From: Psammoneis japonica
Taxonomy: Eukaryota
Assembly: GCA_008632985.1 (NCBI GenBank)
Contig: QPGO01000284.1
Location: 1 to 64,000, forward strand
Reading direction: 5' to 3'
Length of the DNA stretch: 64,000 nt
Shown here: positions 1-12,281 of the stretch, piece by piece
Layout of the letters: every line of letters starts with the position of its first letter
How positions within the stretch are numbered: position 1 is the first letter of the stretch
Position numbers and translations under genes: made by a program
Notes under the pieces: model-generated
The model's input: only the letters and a program-made list of their open reading frames with translations
What the model was told of the DNA's origin: nothing
Database searches by the model: none

Positions 1-131
1 CACTTGTCCAAAAGTTTCGATGCTGTCTTGCGGAGCATCGCCTTGGCTTCTTTGCCCAAAAGCCCATCACATGACACAACGAATGGTGTGAAATGACGGC
101 GTTGTTCCAGACAAGGCTGGAGGTGCTTGCG
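1..131 (-). pseudogene. CRE-type non-LTR retrotransposon, restriction-like endonuclease C-terminal fragment
   Basis: Minus strand reads RKHLQPCLEQRRHFTPFVVSCDGLLGKEAKAMLRKTASKLLDK, matching the K-Y...F.PFV.S.DG..G.EA RLE end of CRE elements (KY now KH). Runs off the window. Confidence 0.65.
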
Positions 132-134
132 CTA

Positions 135-660
135 GATTGGTTGGGACAGCAGGTTTGTGGATGACAGTGGCAGTGCATGCAAGGTGACGGTGGACGGCGC
201 TGACTTTCCCATCAACAACCAATGCCGTTCGACCCGATCTGGTGTTTGCACAAATTCAACGAGGCAGGACTTGGGTGCAAAATTGCCACATGCATTCAGA
301 CAGGTTGGATTGTTTGGGTGAATGGCCCCTGCCAGCTGGTTTGCCTGATTTGAGTGCAGCTCGAGAGGCAATCAATTGTGAACTTCAAGATGGAGAGCAT
401 CACCCAGCTGATGGGGCACACAACGACAGACGCCAGCATTGTGTGGCACCGACCGGCCTGCGGAATGCCGACCAACACATGAAAACCATGGCTCGCGCCC
501 GACACGAAGCTGTCAACGGTTGGTTTGAGTGCTTTCAAACAATGACAAGAAGGTGTGTCATCATCGATTGACGCGCCATCTTGTCTTCCGAGCAGTGGCA
601 AACATCACACAGCTTTCCCTTTGATGGCCCAAACCTGCTGTCAGACACCATTTTGGATGT
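135..660 (+). pseudogene. Harbinger/PIF DDE transposase, frameshifted fragment
   Basis: Across frames: VTVDGADFPI / WCLHKFNEAGLGCKIATCIQTGWIVWVNGP / ARARHEAVNGWF / VFRAVANITQLSL. Paralogous to the transposase at 35015-36010. Confidence 0.78.
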
Positions 661-1959
661 TTGCCATCTCGACTTGATGCACAATTTGTTCACAACACAG
701 ATTGGATGATTTGCGACAGTCTAGAAAGTGTCTGCCACACACGAACGTGCTGACTGTGAGCTGCAGAAGAAACCAACAACAAACACAGACAGCATGAAAG
801 CACTGAAATGGGTTCCAAGGGCTCAATGGGAATCATTCGAAAATGTCGCGTGGGTCACAATTGGTGTTTTGCACAAGGAAAAACACAAAATCGTGTGGAA
901 ATGTGCACAATGTCATGCGAGAGAGTGATCAGAGCTAACAACTTTTCGGGAGCTGAGCTGAAATGCTGTCTGATTGATGGCATTGGCCTTCACCATGTGA
1001 GTCAAAATGCCATCAATCAGATGGCATTTCAATTGATTTCCCGAGAAGTTGACATTCATGGGCGGACAGATGGACAGACTGACATCAATGATGTCCAGTG
1101 CTCTCCCACACAATTTCCACGTGATGACTCTCAGGACCCGAATGATTCCCACTGAGAAATGATTGCTGCAATGACTGGAACAGCTTTGATTGATTGTTGC
1201 TGTGATGAAGTTGTCTGAAAAAGTGTTTGACTGGGTGGTTGCATCCAGGATTGACGCAGCACCAGCTCAAGGAGTTGCAGAACACAACCAACAGGATGGA
1301 CAGTTGCCGCATCCAAAGCTGTCATGCCGGAAAAACAGTCGAAGCAACATCCAATCTTGACCAGATTGGCTGGCCCAGTTTCTGCATCACCACAAATGAA
1401 CGACGTGTTGGCCCAAATGGATGAACCACCAGCAATGACACCACAGGCTCCGAGAATCATTCACATGCTGACTCTCAACTCTCAACCCATCAGCGGACTG
1501 TGCAAGCAACCTCTGCAGATGCCAGCTGCAGAACAGAAAAGTTTTCACCTGTTGCGCCAGGATCATTGTCAACGAAAAACAGTGCTGCATTGTTGGCAAA
1601 TTCATGAACAGCATTGTTGTGAGTGACAGCACCTGTGGGAGGCAATGGAGCATCAAAACAATGACGTGAGTGTGTGTGATGCCATTTGTGCTGCATTCGT
1701 CGCCAACAGCTGGAGCAATGGCCTTGCCACTTGCATCAGGGACACAAGTGACAGTGTCAGCGGATCAGTGTCCTGGAAAGTGGTTGGCACCGATTCCCGA
1801 GACATTGTCATGGTCGAGTCGATGTGACGAGGTGTGTGTGTTGTGAGAAAAATGGGCAAAAATGACAGGTCATGAGCTTTTAACAAAAATCACAGTGATG
1901 GCCATGCAAACGTTTTGCACCCAGTTTTGAAAAGCGTCTGTCTGACATTGTGTGTCATG

Positions 1960-2190
1960 CAAGATGGAGACAATGCCGTCTCCATTTCGCATGGTCTGTC
2001 TGGCACCAAAAGTTTGTTTGGAAAAATTGACACGTGCCTGCATTGACCATTTCACACAGTCTGTCTGGCACCAAGTTTGTTTGGAAAAATTCACACGTGC
2101 CCGCATCGATCATGCGCCGGTGCAACAATGTCTGTCCAACACAGCGTGTTGTGCAAAATGGAGATGACGCCATCTCCATTTCGCACCTGC
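1960..2190. repeat. Local repeat cluster: two ~58-bp direct repeats flanked by two similar hairpins
   Basis: gtctgtctggcacca(a)aagtttgtttggaaaaatt.acacgtgcc.gcat.ga occurs twice (~1993, ~2058). atggaga...tctccattt(cgca) hairpins at ~1964 and ~2158. Confidence 0.6.
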
Positions 2191-2964
2191 ATGACAAGAG
2201 TTGCTGAATGACAATTTGACCTTTTTTTCCTTGTGTGACCCACAGCAAACAGGCACTGAGATTCCACAAAGCTGTCAGCCATGACAACAGGGAAATGACG
2301 AAAGACCCAATTGGCGAAGAATGTGCAATTGGAAATTTGGAGGGAACCTTTGCATTTCAAGAGATGGGCAATCTGGGGTGTGTGGCAGCAGCACACAACA
2401 GAATCTTGCCGATTGACAAAGAATTGACAGTGGAGCAGGTGCACACCATTTTCAGGGTCATTTGTGGCAAAGTGATCGTGGAGGATGCAACAGTGCCAAA
2501 GAATCCGATGGGGGATGTGAAATCAGATGGTGGATGCTTCAAGAAATTGAAACCACCATCATGTCCCCTGTCGAAAGGTGTCCCCTGCAAACTGGATGAA
2601 ATCACCAACAAAGATTGGGAAAAACTGATGAATCATCAAAAGAACAAATAAAAAGGGAGCAGACATGGGAGATCACTTCCACAGGGTCAACGCAAACATC
2701 AGTCCGGTGGTCATCTCTCTGTTGGCGGGGGTGACTTGTGCAAGAAACCGCGATGTTGCAGCCATGTGTCCTCTCAGTCAACCAGATGTCAACCAAAGGC
2801 ATGCCAACAATGAAAAGATCTGCAACACAGATTGCAGCCCACTGGCACCTGTCTTCGACAAGAACTCATGTGGGGACTTTGCAGAGTGCGCATGGGCTTT
2901 CCAGCAAATCACTCAACATTGTGCCACACACAGTGATGCCCCATGTGGTCACACATCAACCTGC

Positions 2965-3353
2965 GATGGGTTCCAGTCCTGGGTGGGACTCCGTGTGACA
3001 CTGGGCCCGCAGAATTCTGTGTGCAAGCTCTGCAGTTCGTACTCTGGTCAATGGATGCATTTGTCTTTGACACAAAACAAACGGCCAAATTTGCAGTGCA
3101 CACATCTCTGTTGGTGCTCGAAGTTTTGGACAACGCGCCTGCCCCACGCCATTCTTAAGACACTCGAGAATGGCGTAGAAGAAAAAAACATTGTAAGTTG
3201 CTGAATGGATCGCCTGACAATTGTGCCATAAAATGATGCAAAATTTTGCCAAAATCACACAGAAATGTACGTGCGCGACATGCGACACGATTCAAAAAAC
3301 TGTCGATGTCACAGTTCAGCAGTGCGAGGTCCCACCTAGGCCTGGAATGCTTT
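2965..3353 (+). mobile_element. MITE family copy (degenerate right TIR)
   Basis: gatgggttccagtcctgggtgggactccgtgtgaca...gtcccacctaggcctggaatgc; interior similar to the copy at 31104. TSD not clear. Confidence 0.85.
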
Positions 3354-4878
3354 GCTGTTTGCTTTGCTCACACATGCCAAGATGGAGGGCAACAATGCGG
3401 GCACAAGGGTGCAATTGACAGATTTGAAAGATGACTGGAGCATTCGGCAGAAGGGACTTTTCCTGACGTGCACACTTCATGTGCTTTTGGATCAACAACG
3501 CAATTCTTTGAGGAAGATGGCTGACTTCGAATCCTTGCACAAAAGATTGCAAAACATCTTGTGCCAAACTTTTGCCATTCAAAATGCATGTTTCGCCCCT
3601 TTCATGCACTGCAAGAACAAGATGACATGCAACAAATCTGTTCTCATGTTGGAGCACAAGCTGACGTTCCAAGCAATTGCATCCATTCGAAGCTCCTTCC
3701 TCAAAAGACAGCACCGCATGTTGGGCGTTAACCTGGCACTCATGCAGATGTTTCCCCCAAGGCAATTCAGCGAGTTGTTGGGGAAAAAATTGAATTGTGA
3801 AAAACAAGCACTCATGGACAGGATGTTGAAGAGAGCACCACTGGCAATGTTGTCTCCGTGCGTTGAAGAAAAATCCGAGCCGCACTTCGAGCTTGGTTTG
3901 TTTGGGGAAAGAAGTTTGTTCCTCTGCAAAAGATGCAGCAAGGTCATCCAAGCCGACACCACATTGGGTTCAAGGCAAAGCTTCAAGGATGCCTCAATCA
4001 GTTTGCTCAAGGATGCGCAGCTGAACATGCACAAATGGATGTTGGGTGAGCTGCGATGCAGGAAGGTGGTCACAGACAAGGAGGCCATGCAACCAAAGGA
4101 GAAAGGCAGTGACAGTGTCAAGCACATCAAAGTGCACAAGGGACTCAGGAAAATGGGGCTCAAGCATCTGTTCACTTCCAACTGCAAACCTGCAAAGGCT
4201 GTGGTTCAAAAGGCAAGGGAGGACACCAGCAGGAACCTCGAGCTGGGCAGCAATGTTGATGAAGCAGGAAAGTTTGCCGATGCAATGACCAAAACCTTGC
4301 GTGAAAGGAAATGACCTGGGTTGTGCAACAGCACAAAGCCAATGAGAGAAAGGGCTGGCATTGCCGGATTGATGATGTTGTTCACAAATTTTGTTTTTGA
4401 CAGCCAGTCCACCAAAACACTGAGCAAGTCATCAGAGGATCCCACCAATCTGAACCCACCCTGCTGGAGGGATTGCAATTTTTGTTTGTGACAGAATTGG
4501 GAGAAGGAGAAGATGAAAAAGTCCTTCGCAACTGCACAGGGCTGAACAATTTGGCTGAAAACGTGCAGGGAGAGGTGGTGGGTCTGTCATGACGGAGTTC
4601 CTGGTGATGGAAACTGCTGACAATGACGCACACACATTGAGACAATTCCTTGCTTTGGTGGGCCACAATGATTTCATGCTCAAGAAATGGTGCTTGACAT
4701 TTGCTCAATCACTCCTTTTCCTTGACATCACAGGGAACGAAAAGGGCAAATTACATTTGGTGAGTGTCAGAGCAATGGAGCCACATGACAATCTCCACAT
4801 GACAAGTGAAAGCCGCCAATTGTTTGGTTGTGTGCCTGAAAACCAAATTTCTTTTCTTTTCTTTTTGAAGGGAATTTT

Positions 4879-6898
4879 TGTGAAGGAACAGATTCACTTC
4901 AGAGGATTTGACAGCAAAGACGAGGAGGACACTTTTGCACCTGAAGAGCCTGAATCGGGGCAGACATTTGGAGTCACCTGTCAAACCTGCAAAGACGCAA
5001 TGAACCAAACGGATGGCACATCTCCAAGGATTGTCAACTGCTGGAATTTCAAAACTCTTTTTGATGAAGACACAGAGTCAAAAAAATGATTTGAGCACAA
5101 ATGCAGCTTGATTCACAAGAACTTCAGCAAGGCAATGCCGCGGGCGCACAACAACACAATGTGCGATGGATTCAAGAAGGAAAGACTGGAGAATGAGGAC
5201 AAAGCAAGAAGGTGATTTTGAAAGACAGAATGAAGGAAGAGAGCCAGAAAAGGAGGGCAAAAAAGGAAAAAAGCAGTCAAAGCAGGACGAGGCAGACACT
5301 GCAAACAAAAATGATGCAGAAGCGGCACAAGCAGAGGACACAGCAGAGGAACAGCAAGAGGGAGACAATGACGAAGGGGTGCACATCACCTTGGCAGAAC
5401 TGCAGCACAAAGATGGGAGCACACAACAAGTGGGCAAGGATGCAGCTGGCAACCCCGCTGTGGAACATGACAAGGAAGTGGACAAGAAAGAGGAGAAGGA
5501 GAGGGAGGCATCAGAGCAGGAGGAAGAGGAAACTTGCAACAGCAATGATGAAGATGACGATGACAAACATGGAGATCACACCCCTGACAAAGACAGGGAT
5601 GACACCCCCCCTCAAGATGAACAGCCAAAGAAAGATCATTCAGATGAGGGGAGCAAAGGGGCACCGGCAAGCCACCAGATGACAAAGCAACTTCTGTTGG
5701 AGACGGAATGTCAGAGGAGAACAACCAGCAACAGGAGGGGCAAGGAAATGACAAAGCAGATGAAGAGGAACCGTCTGCTGCAAACCCTGAGCAACAGGCA
5801 GAAGAGGACAACCAAAACATGGATCAAAGCATTGAGCCATCCGTGGCTTTGCAGAGTGAGGCAGATTTGAATGATGGATCCCTTCCAGGTGGGAGCAACA
5901 ATGACATCAGTGACATCCCAGAGCAACTCCAACAAGTGCCACGCTCCACTGCAAGGAACAATCCGGTGAGCACGCATTTTGGCTCCTCATCCTCTGAGTT
6001 GGAGTTTGAGGCATCAGATGATGATGGCCCTTCAAGTGCTGTGGTTGCTGCCAAAGTTTCAGCCACAATGAAAACCCCATCAAAAGCATCTGAACCACCA
6101 AACAAGGATGTGAGGAAAAGAGTTGTTTGAGAAACACCAGATCGCGAGACAAAAAAGGACACAAGGAAATGCAGGGCAATGGCAGAGGCCAAAAAGGAGG
6201 AAAAAAAGGAACGCACAAGGAGGAAGAAAATTGAGGCAGACAAGAAAAAGGGGGGGGAAGCAGGCGGCAAGAGCGAAGGCAATGGAGGCAGCAAGAAAGG
6301 AAAAGGAAAAAATGAAGAACACCAGCAAACCAAAGAAGGACATGCCGATGACAGGAAGAGTGTTGGCAGTGCAACTGCCACCCATCCCAACAAATTTGGC
6401 AAAGAAAAAAAGACGTTCAACTGGCCGCGGAACAAAAAACAACAAAAATGAAGTTCAGGCAGTTGGGCACATGCATCGACAACAAAAATGTTTGTGTGGA
6501 GCATCGCAGTCTCAAAATGGCTGCACTGCTGTGAGCCCCACAACACTCATTGTCCACTTTTTGTTTTTGGGTTTGTGGCAATTTTGGCACTCAGTTGCTT
6601 GTTTTGGGTGTTGCTTTCAGCCACACTGTTGGTCACAACATGTGTGAAACGATGCAAGACTGACTCGATTTGTGGGGCGACATGTCCTCGGCTCGACTGC
6701 AGCTGCCAAATGGACACAGGTGCGCACCCATTTTTGCATGGTCTGTCCATTGACAGGAGCAAAATTGCATCAATCGCTTTGGCAAATGTGCGTCCTGAGT
6801 TTGGCTGTGGATGCGAAACAGATGCAGGTGCACATCCATTGCTCGTGGTCTGTCCTTCAACCGCAGCCACTTGACATCGATTGGGTGGGGTCTGTCAC
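4879..6898 (+). repeat. Dispersed repeat R1 copy 1 (degenerate acidic/Lys-rich ORF of an unclassified element)
   Basis: Colinear with 23011-24979, from tgtgaaggaacagattcacttcagagga to ggtggggtctgtca. Cut at its 3' end by the satellite. Confidence 0.85.
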
Positions 6899-6901
6899 CA
6901 G

Positions 6902-7430
6902 ATGGCCAAGGGCGCAAAATCACAAAGGGTGCAAAATCACAAAGGGCACAAAATGGCCAAGGGCACAAAATCACAAAGGGCCGCAAAATGGCAGCAAAGG
7001 GTGCAAAATCACAAAGGGCGCAAAATGGCAGCAAAGGGTGCAAAATTACAAAGGGTGCAAAATGGTGGCAAAGGGTGCAAAATCACAAAGGGTGCAAAGT
7101 GGACAAATCACAGAGGGTGTGAAATCACAAAGGGCGCAAAATGGCAAAGGGCGCAAAATCACAAAGGGCTCAAAATCACAAAGGGTGCAAAATGGCGGCC
7201 CAGGGTGAAAAATCACAAAGGGCGCAAAATGGCCAAGGGTGAAAAATGGCGGCAAAGGGCGCAAAATCACAAGGAAAGCAAAATGGCGTCAAAGGGTGCA
7301 CAATCACAAATGGCGCAAAATCTCAAAGGGCGCAAAACAGCCAAGGGCTCAAATTCACAATGGGCGCAAAATGGCAGCAAAGGGTGCAAAATGGCAGCAA
7401 AGGGTGCAAAATCACAAAGGGCACAAAATC
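6902..7430 (+). repeat. 17/20-bp modular satellite, array 1 (AAGGGTGCAAAAT orientation)
   Basis: Tandem caaagggtgcaaaatca / ccaagggcgcaaaatgg / ggcagcaaagggtgcaaaat units. Confidence 0.95.
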
Positions 7431-10184
7431 GATGACATGGTCCATCAGCTGAAGAGCAGCAGCTGTGCGCCCAATGTGTTTCTTGCAGTTCGTTGTGATT
7501 GCACCTCCGTCTGTCTCCAGGTGTGAGTGACAATGTGGCAGATGCTTGACCTGATTTGTGTCGCATGGACAGTGACCTTGGTGAGCTCCTGCCAACTTGT
7601 CTGCTCGGATGTTGACTCTGGCATTTAAATGCAGTGTGTGCGCTGGAGATTGCCTGTCTTGGTGTCCCTTTGCCCATCGCACGGGAGGCAAGGCAAGGTC
7701 TTCTGAATCCGATGACTGCTTCAGAGCTTGCTGGGCATGGAGGATCTCATTCAAAATGTCCCAGTCTGGTGCAACAGTGTTGGCCCCGTGATGGCGGATG
7801 TGAAAATCGTGTTTCTCGTGCGCGTCATTCTTGGGATCAATCACCGGCAGAGTGGGCGTTAATTTGGACAAACAGTTCACCAGTGCTTTGTCATCACAAT
7901 GAATGACTGCATCCAAAGGAACCACAACACGGCAGCATTTGCACAGTCGGCAAATGAATCTTGCAATTGAAAGAATGCCGCAAGCCTCTGCTTGACATGA
8001 GGACGGAGTCTTGCCAAAAACTGGCCCTGCACAATCAACTGGTGGTGCCCCGTCAATGGCGACAGTCCACCCAAAGGTGGCCCCATCTTGGACTGACCCG
8101 TCACTGCCTGCGGCAAGAGCAGACAAAAGAAAGTGTTGGGCCACTGCTCAGGGAGAAATGTGGAACACCAAGTCTTCAAACAGCGTAGATTCCCACGTGT
8201 CCAGTCCTTGAAGATGCACTAGAAAGGAATCGGGGGAGGCCGGAGAGCGAGAGTCGGTTGATGAGGTGCGCGGGATCTTGAATCGCCAATGGCTGTCCTC
8301 GATTGTAGACACCTCTGCCGGGTGTGAAGCATCAGAGGGAGTCGGTGCAGTCTCGATTTCCCTTGTAGAATCGGCGGTTGTCCCATTTGCTTGGAAGATG
8401 TCAAAACCTGATGAGGAGCACACATGCAAATGTTCTTCAGCAGGGGAAAAACATGCAGTCAACTGCATTCTCATCTGGGACGGTGGCACCAGCCAATCTC
8501 CCAGAGGTTCCTTTAAATGCAGTGACTTCAGGTGACACAGAGCTGAGCAAAATTTCTTCCACACGGTCCAGGCTCTTGGACAAGGCTTGCACTGTTCGAC
8601 ATTGTTGAGGGTGCCAACGCTGCTTTGCAGGGACGGATCACCTTGCATTTTCGACCCATCCAGTGTCGTCCCATCCAAGAGAGCAATGTCGGAAACAGAT
8701 GAGACTTTCAAGTGCAAGTGGCAACAGTTTGTCCAACAGATCTCTCATGCAGCAAAGGACTGGGAATGCAATGCAATGTCCATCAAATGCTGGTCATTGT
8801 CTCTTTGAAGTGGAAGGACCCCATTGTGGAGCAGGAACACACAACCATTCATCCATTGCAAAAATGCTCTGACCGACGTGAACCATCGGGATTCCATGTG
8901 AGGCAACCCGGCATCTACGTCCCACAAAAAACTCTCGCCAGTTCCCAAATTCAGTTGGATCCATGCTGCTGCGACCTGAAGAAGTTTGTGCGGTTGATCC
9001 TCCCCAAGTTGCAAGTGTTGGACTCCTCTCGCGTGCTTCAACACTTGTTGCAGTTGGGCTGCACCTTGCTTGACGTCAAGTGATCGAAAACCTCCTCCTC
9101 TGAGGGATTGCAGTCCACACAAAATTGCCCGTTTGGTGTTCCCATTGTGCCTGCATTTGGCGAACATCGTCCGCATGGCCTTTTGTTGAACTTGTTGGAG
9201 TTCTTTTGGGAGAAAGTTTGAATTGGCCAGTGTGCATGTCATCAAAGACAAATGACAAGCATGGCAGCACCGCCATGTTTCTCTTCTGTCCAAGGGACAC
9301 GACCGGAGAAATGAGGTGACAGCATCAATCTTGTGTTGCAGCTTCTGCAGTTGAGTCTTCTGAGTTCCTGTGGGAGCCATGCAGTGTCCCAGGGTTTTGT
9401 GAGGTGTGCATGCAGACAATTGCTTGCTGCACCTGGAAGTGGACCGGTCTGCAGAAAAAATTTCCACTTTGATGTCATCATGACAAGGGTGGACATGCGG
9501 TTCATCACTTTCCATGAAATCCCACTCGATGGCATGGAGTGAACATTTTGGTGACTCCAACTTGTGCCCGGCAGCATCCAGCAGGTCACACCACAACTGG
9601 CCATCCGATTGTAGAGACCTGGACAACTCGAAAGTGGAAGGCTGGGGGTTGGCTCTGAAATCATTCACTTGCTTGGAAGTGTCGTTGACGTAACCTTGGT
9701 TGAAGACTTGGACATGGAACTGTCCGTCTGGGGTTTCAAAGCATGAGCCAACAGCCTCGGCATCAAAAATGTCAAACAGTCCACTGCATTGGGCATTCCA
9801 GCACCAGGGAGAGTTCCCGCCACCCTGTCCTGTCCCGCACAAAGGATGATCGGAGGAATGAGAGCAACTTCGCTGGGCGAGTCCCAACAGAGTGTGCAAC
9901 CAGCAGCGTGCATGGTGCAACGTTGCCATGTTGACTTTGACCACTCGTTCGTGCATGCCATCGCTCTTCGCACACAGGCCGACAATCGCTGGAATGTTCC
10001 CATCATGGCAAGAAGTGCAATCGTTTTCACTGGTTGGCAGTGTTTTTCTGGATGCATGTGAAATCTCCATCATCAAATTTTCAAGAAACACTGGTGTTTG
10101 AGCAGAAAGGAACAAGCGGCATCCGCAGATCCCTGGGTTGCACATGCGATGGTGTTCCACATGTTGAGCTGGCTCTCGCCACTT

Positions 10185-10580
10185 GATGCGTTCCAGACAC
10201 AGGTGGGAATCCGTGTGACATTGGGCCCGTAGACTTCTGCGTGCGAGCTCCGCAGTAAAATCACACGGCAATTAAAATGTCAATGATCGCCAACAGAAAA
10301 TGAGGCAATTTTGCGAACGCACAAACTCGCCCATGATTGAAGTGCATCATTTTTTACTTGGCCAGTTACATTCTTCAGACATTGAAGAATGCACCTGGCG
10401 CATCATTGTTTCTGTAAATTCGTCATGCAAAACGTCTGGGGCTTTGCAAAACAGCGAGTCTGGACAATTTTTTTTAAATGTCACACGCAGAAATCTACGT
10501 GCGAAACATGCGACAGATGGCAAAAATTGTTTGTGTCACACGTCAGTGCTGCGAGCTCCCACCCAGGGCTGGAACGCGTC
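10185..10580 (+). mobile_element. MITE family copy, 396 bp, TSD ACTT
   Basis: actt|gatgcgttccagacacaggtggga...tcccacccagggctggaacgcgtc|actt. Inserted in the LINE RT. Confidence 0.95.
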
Positions 10581-10774
10581 ACTTGACACTTGCGATCAAT
10601 TGGAAGTCCGCCTCGTAGATGTGAATCACACGCAACTGATGAATCTTGTCATTGCCTGGTTCTTTGAAAATCACAACGTCAACAATGTCTTTCCACTGTT
10701 CGTGCGAGTGGCCCCACTTCAGCGCACAATTGATCAGGTTGAGCCGCATTGCCACGAGAGACTGTTGGACCGAA

Positions 10775-11170
10775 GACGCGTTCCAGCTCCAGGTGGGACC
10801 TTGCACTGCTGAACTGTGACACAATTGTTTTTTGTCATCCGTCGCATGTTTTGCACGTGCATTTCTGCGTGTTCCATTGTAAAAAATTGTTCCACACTGC
10901 CTGTTTTGCGAAGCCAAAGGCTTTCTGTCATCTGCGTTCATGTCAACAAAAATGCACTGGGAACGTTCTTTAATGTCTGAAGAACATGCCCGGGCACACT
11001 GCAAAGAATGCACTTCAAGTGTGGAGGAGGAGATGTGTTCGCAAAATTGCCTCTTTTTCTGTTGGCTGTCATTCATGTGTCCATTGCTTGACAATTTTAC
11101 TGCGGAGCTCGCACGCAGAATTCTGCGGGCCCAATGTCACAAAAAGTCCCACCCAGGACTGGAACCTGTC
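10775..11170 (-). mobile_element. MITE family copy, 396 bp, TSD CGAA/TGAA
   Basis: cgaa|gacgcgttccagctccaggtggga...tcccacccaggactggaacctgtc|tgaa. Confidence 0.93.
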
Positions 11171-12281
11171 TGAATCTGGCAGTTCTTTCTGCTCAGATGG
11201 ATTCCCGTCGTCGTCGTGATTGGATGCATGAGAATGGGGAGCATGCGCGGCTTTCCAGTGTCCCAAATGAGTCCCAGATTTCAATGATGCAGACACAGAT
11301 TCTCACCACAATGCCATCTTTGACTGGAGAGCCTCGGGAGTGAGAGCGTTGGGAACTGCTGGTGGTGTGCGTCTTCGTAGATGCTGCATCAGTGATGATG
11401 TGGCCCGACTCAGGTGGTCCGTTTCGCGCTCCCCGTCTAAGATCAATTCGGCCATTGTGGCATCTCCTTTGCATCCGAGATCAACTGACAAGGGAGGGAC
11501 TGTGGGAGGAGCTCCATGTGCCTGTCTGAAATGGCGTTGACTGCAATGCTGGAGAGCAGATTCAACGTCTTCTGGAGCATCAATCATTGTCCAGTTCTCG
11601 CATGTCTTGGGATTGTCTCAAGGATCCGCAGGGATCTGAACAGCTCACACGCTGGAATCTTCTGACTTTTTACACGTGTTGATTTTCTGAAAGACTCGCT
11701 TGGTTTCTTCAGCACAGTGTTGGTTTTGCAGCAAACGAGCTTTTGCCTTTGACTGGTTTGCACACTCCAGCTTGAGTTCCGCGACACGTGTGTCTCTCTC
11801 AGCTTCACGATGTTTCTGACTCTCTTGTGTCACCTGTCGACATTCTGTCTGAGCCTTCCGCAGTGCGGCAGTGCACTCCTGTGAGGTCACTGGAAGAACA
11901 AATGAGTTCTTTAAATCAAACTTGGCACACAGAACAGCAGGCACCACACTCACTTTGTTGCAAAACATTGACATCATCCTGGACAATGCAAAGATCTGTT
12001 TTTGCAGGTCAGCCAATTTGACAGACAATTTGGGCTCTGTGCACCGGCGGCAACATTTGGCGGATGCTGAGCAGAACTGCGGCATGTCGCAATCAAGTCT
12101 CTCTGCCAATTTGTGGTCAGAGATCTTGAGCTGCAGCAATGACTCTGTACGTTCCCTGACGTTTCGACTTTGTGGAAGGGGCGCCATTGTCTCCAGGCAA
12201 GCAGCAACGTGTTCCGGAGAATTTGCATGTAAATCACGATGTTGCATGTGAGGTGGGTCAACAGCAGGATTGCCAAACAAA

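Larger units (their letters stand above)
7433..12281 (-). mobile_element. Ambal-like non-LTR retrotransposon (RT + RNase H), degenerate, truncated at both ends, with two MITE insertions
   Basis: RT motifs KIHQLRVIHIYEADFQL, HPLCGTGQGGGNSP, GYVNDT, GHKLESPKC, KTLG. RNase H motifs GSDGS...SSCQAEACG...HCDDKALV...DWDI...WAKGHQD...NIRADKLA (7323-8144 ORF). Also QRHFRQAHGAPPTVPPL. Clade assignment is from motif recognition. Confidence 0.88.

Noticed and set aside
700..4870. ORFs such as 2235-2651, 3352-4314 and 4589-5089 as genes
   Set aside because: No recognisable motifs, and ORF length is uninformative in stop-depleted DNA. They are probably decayed TE sequence but could not be assigned.
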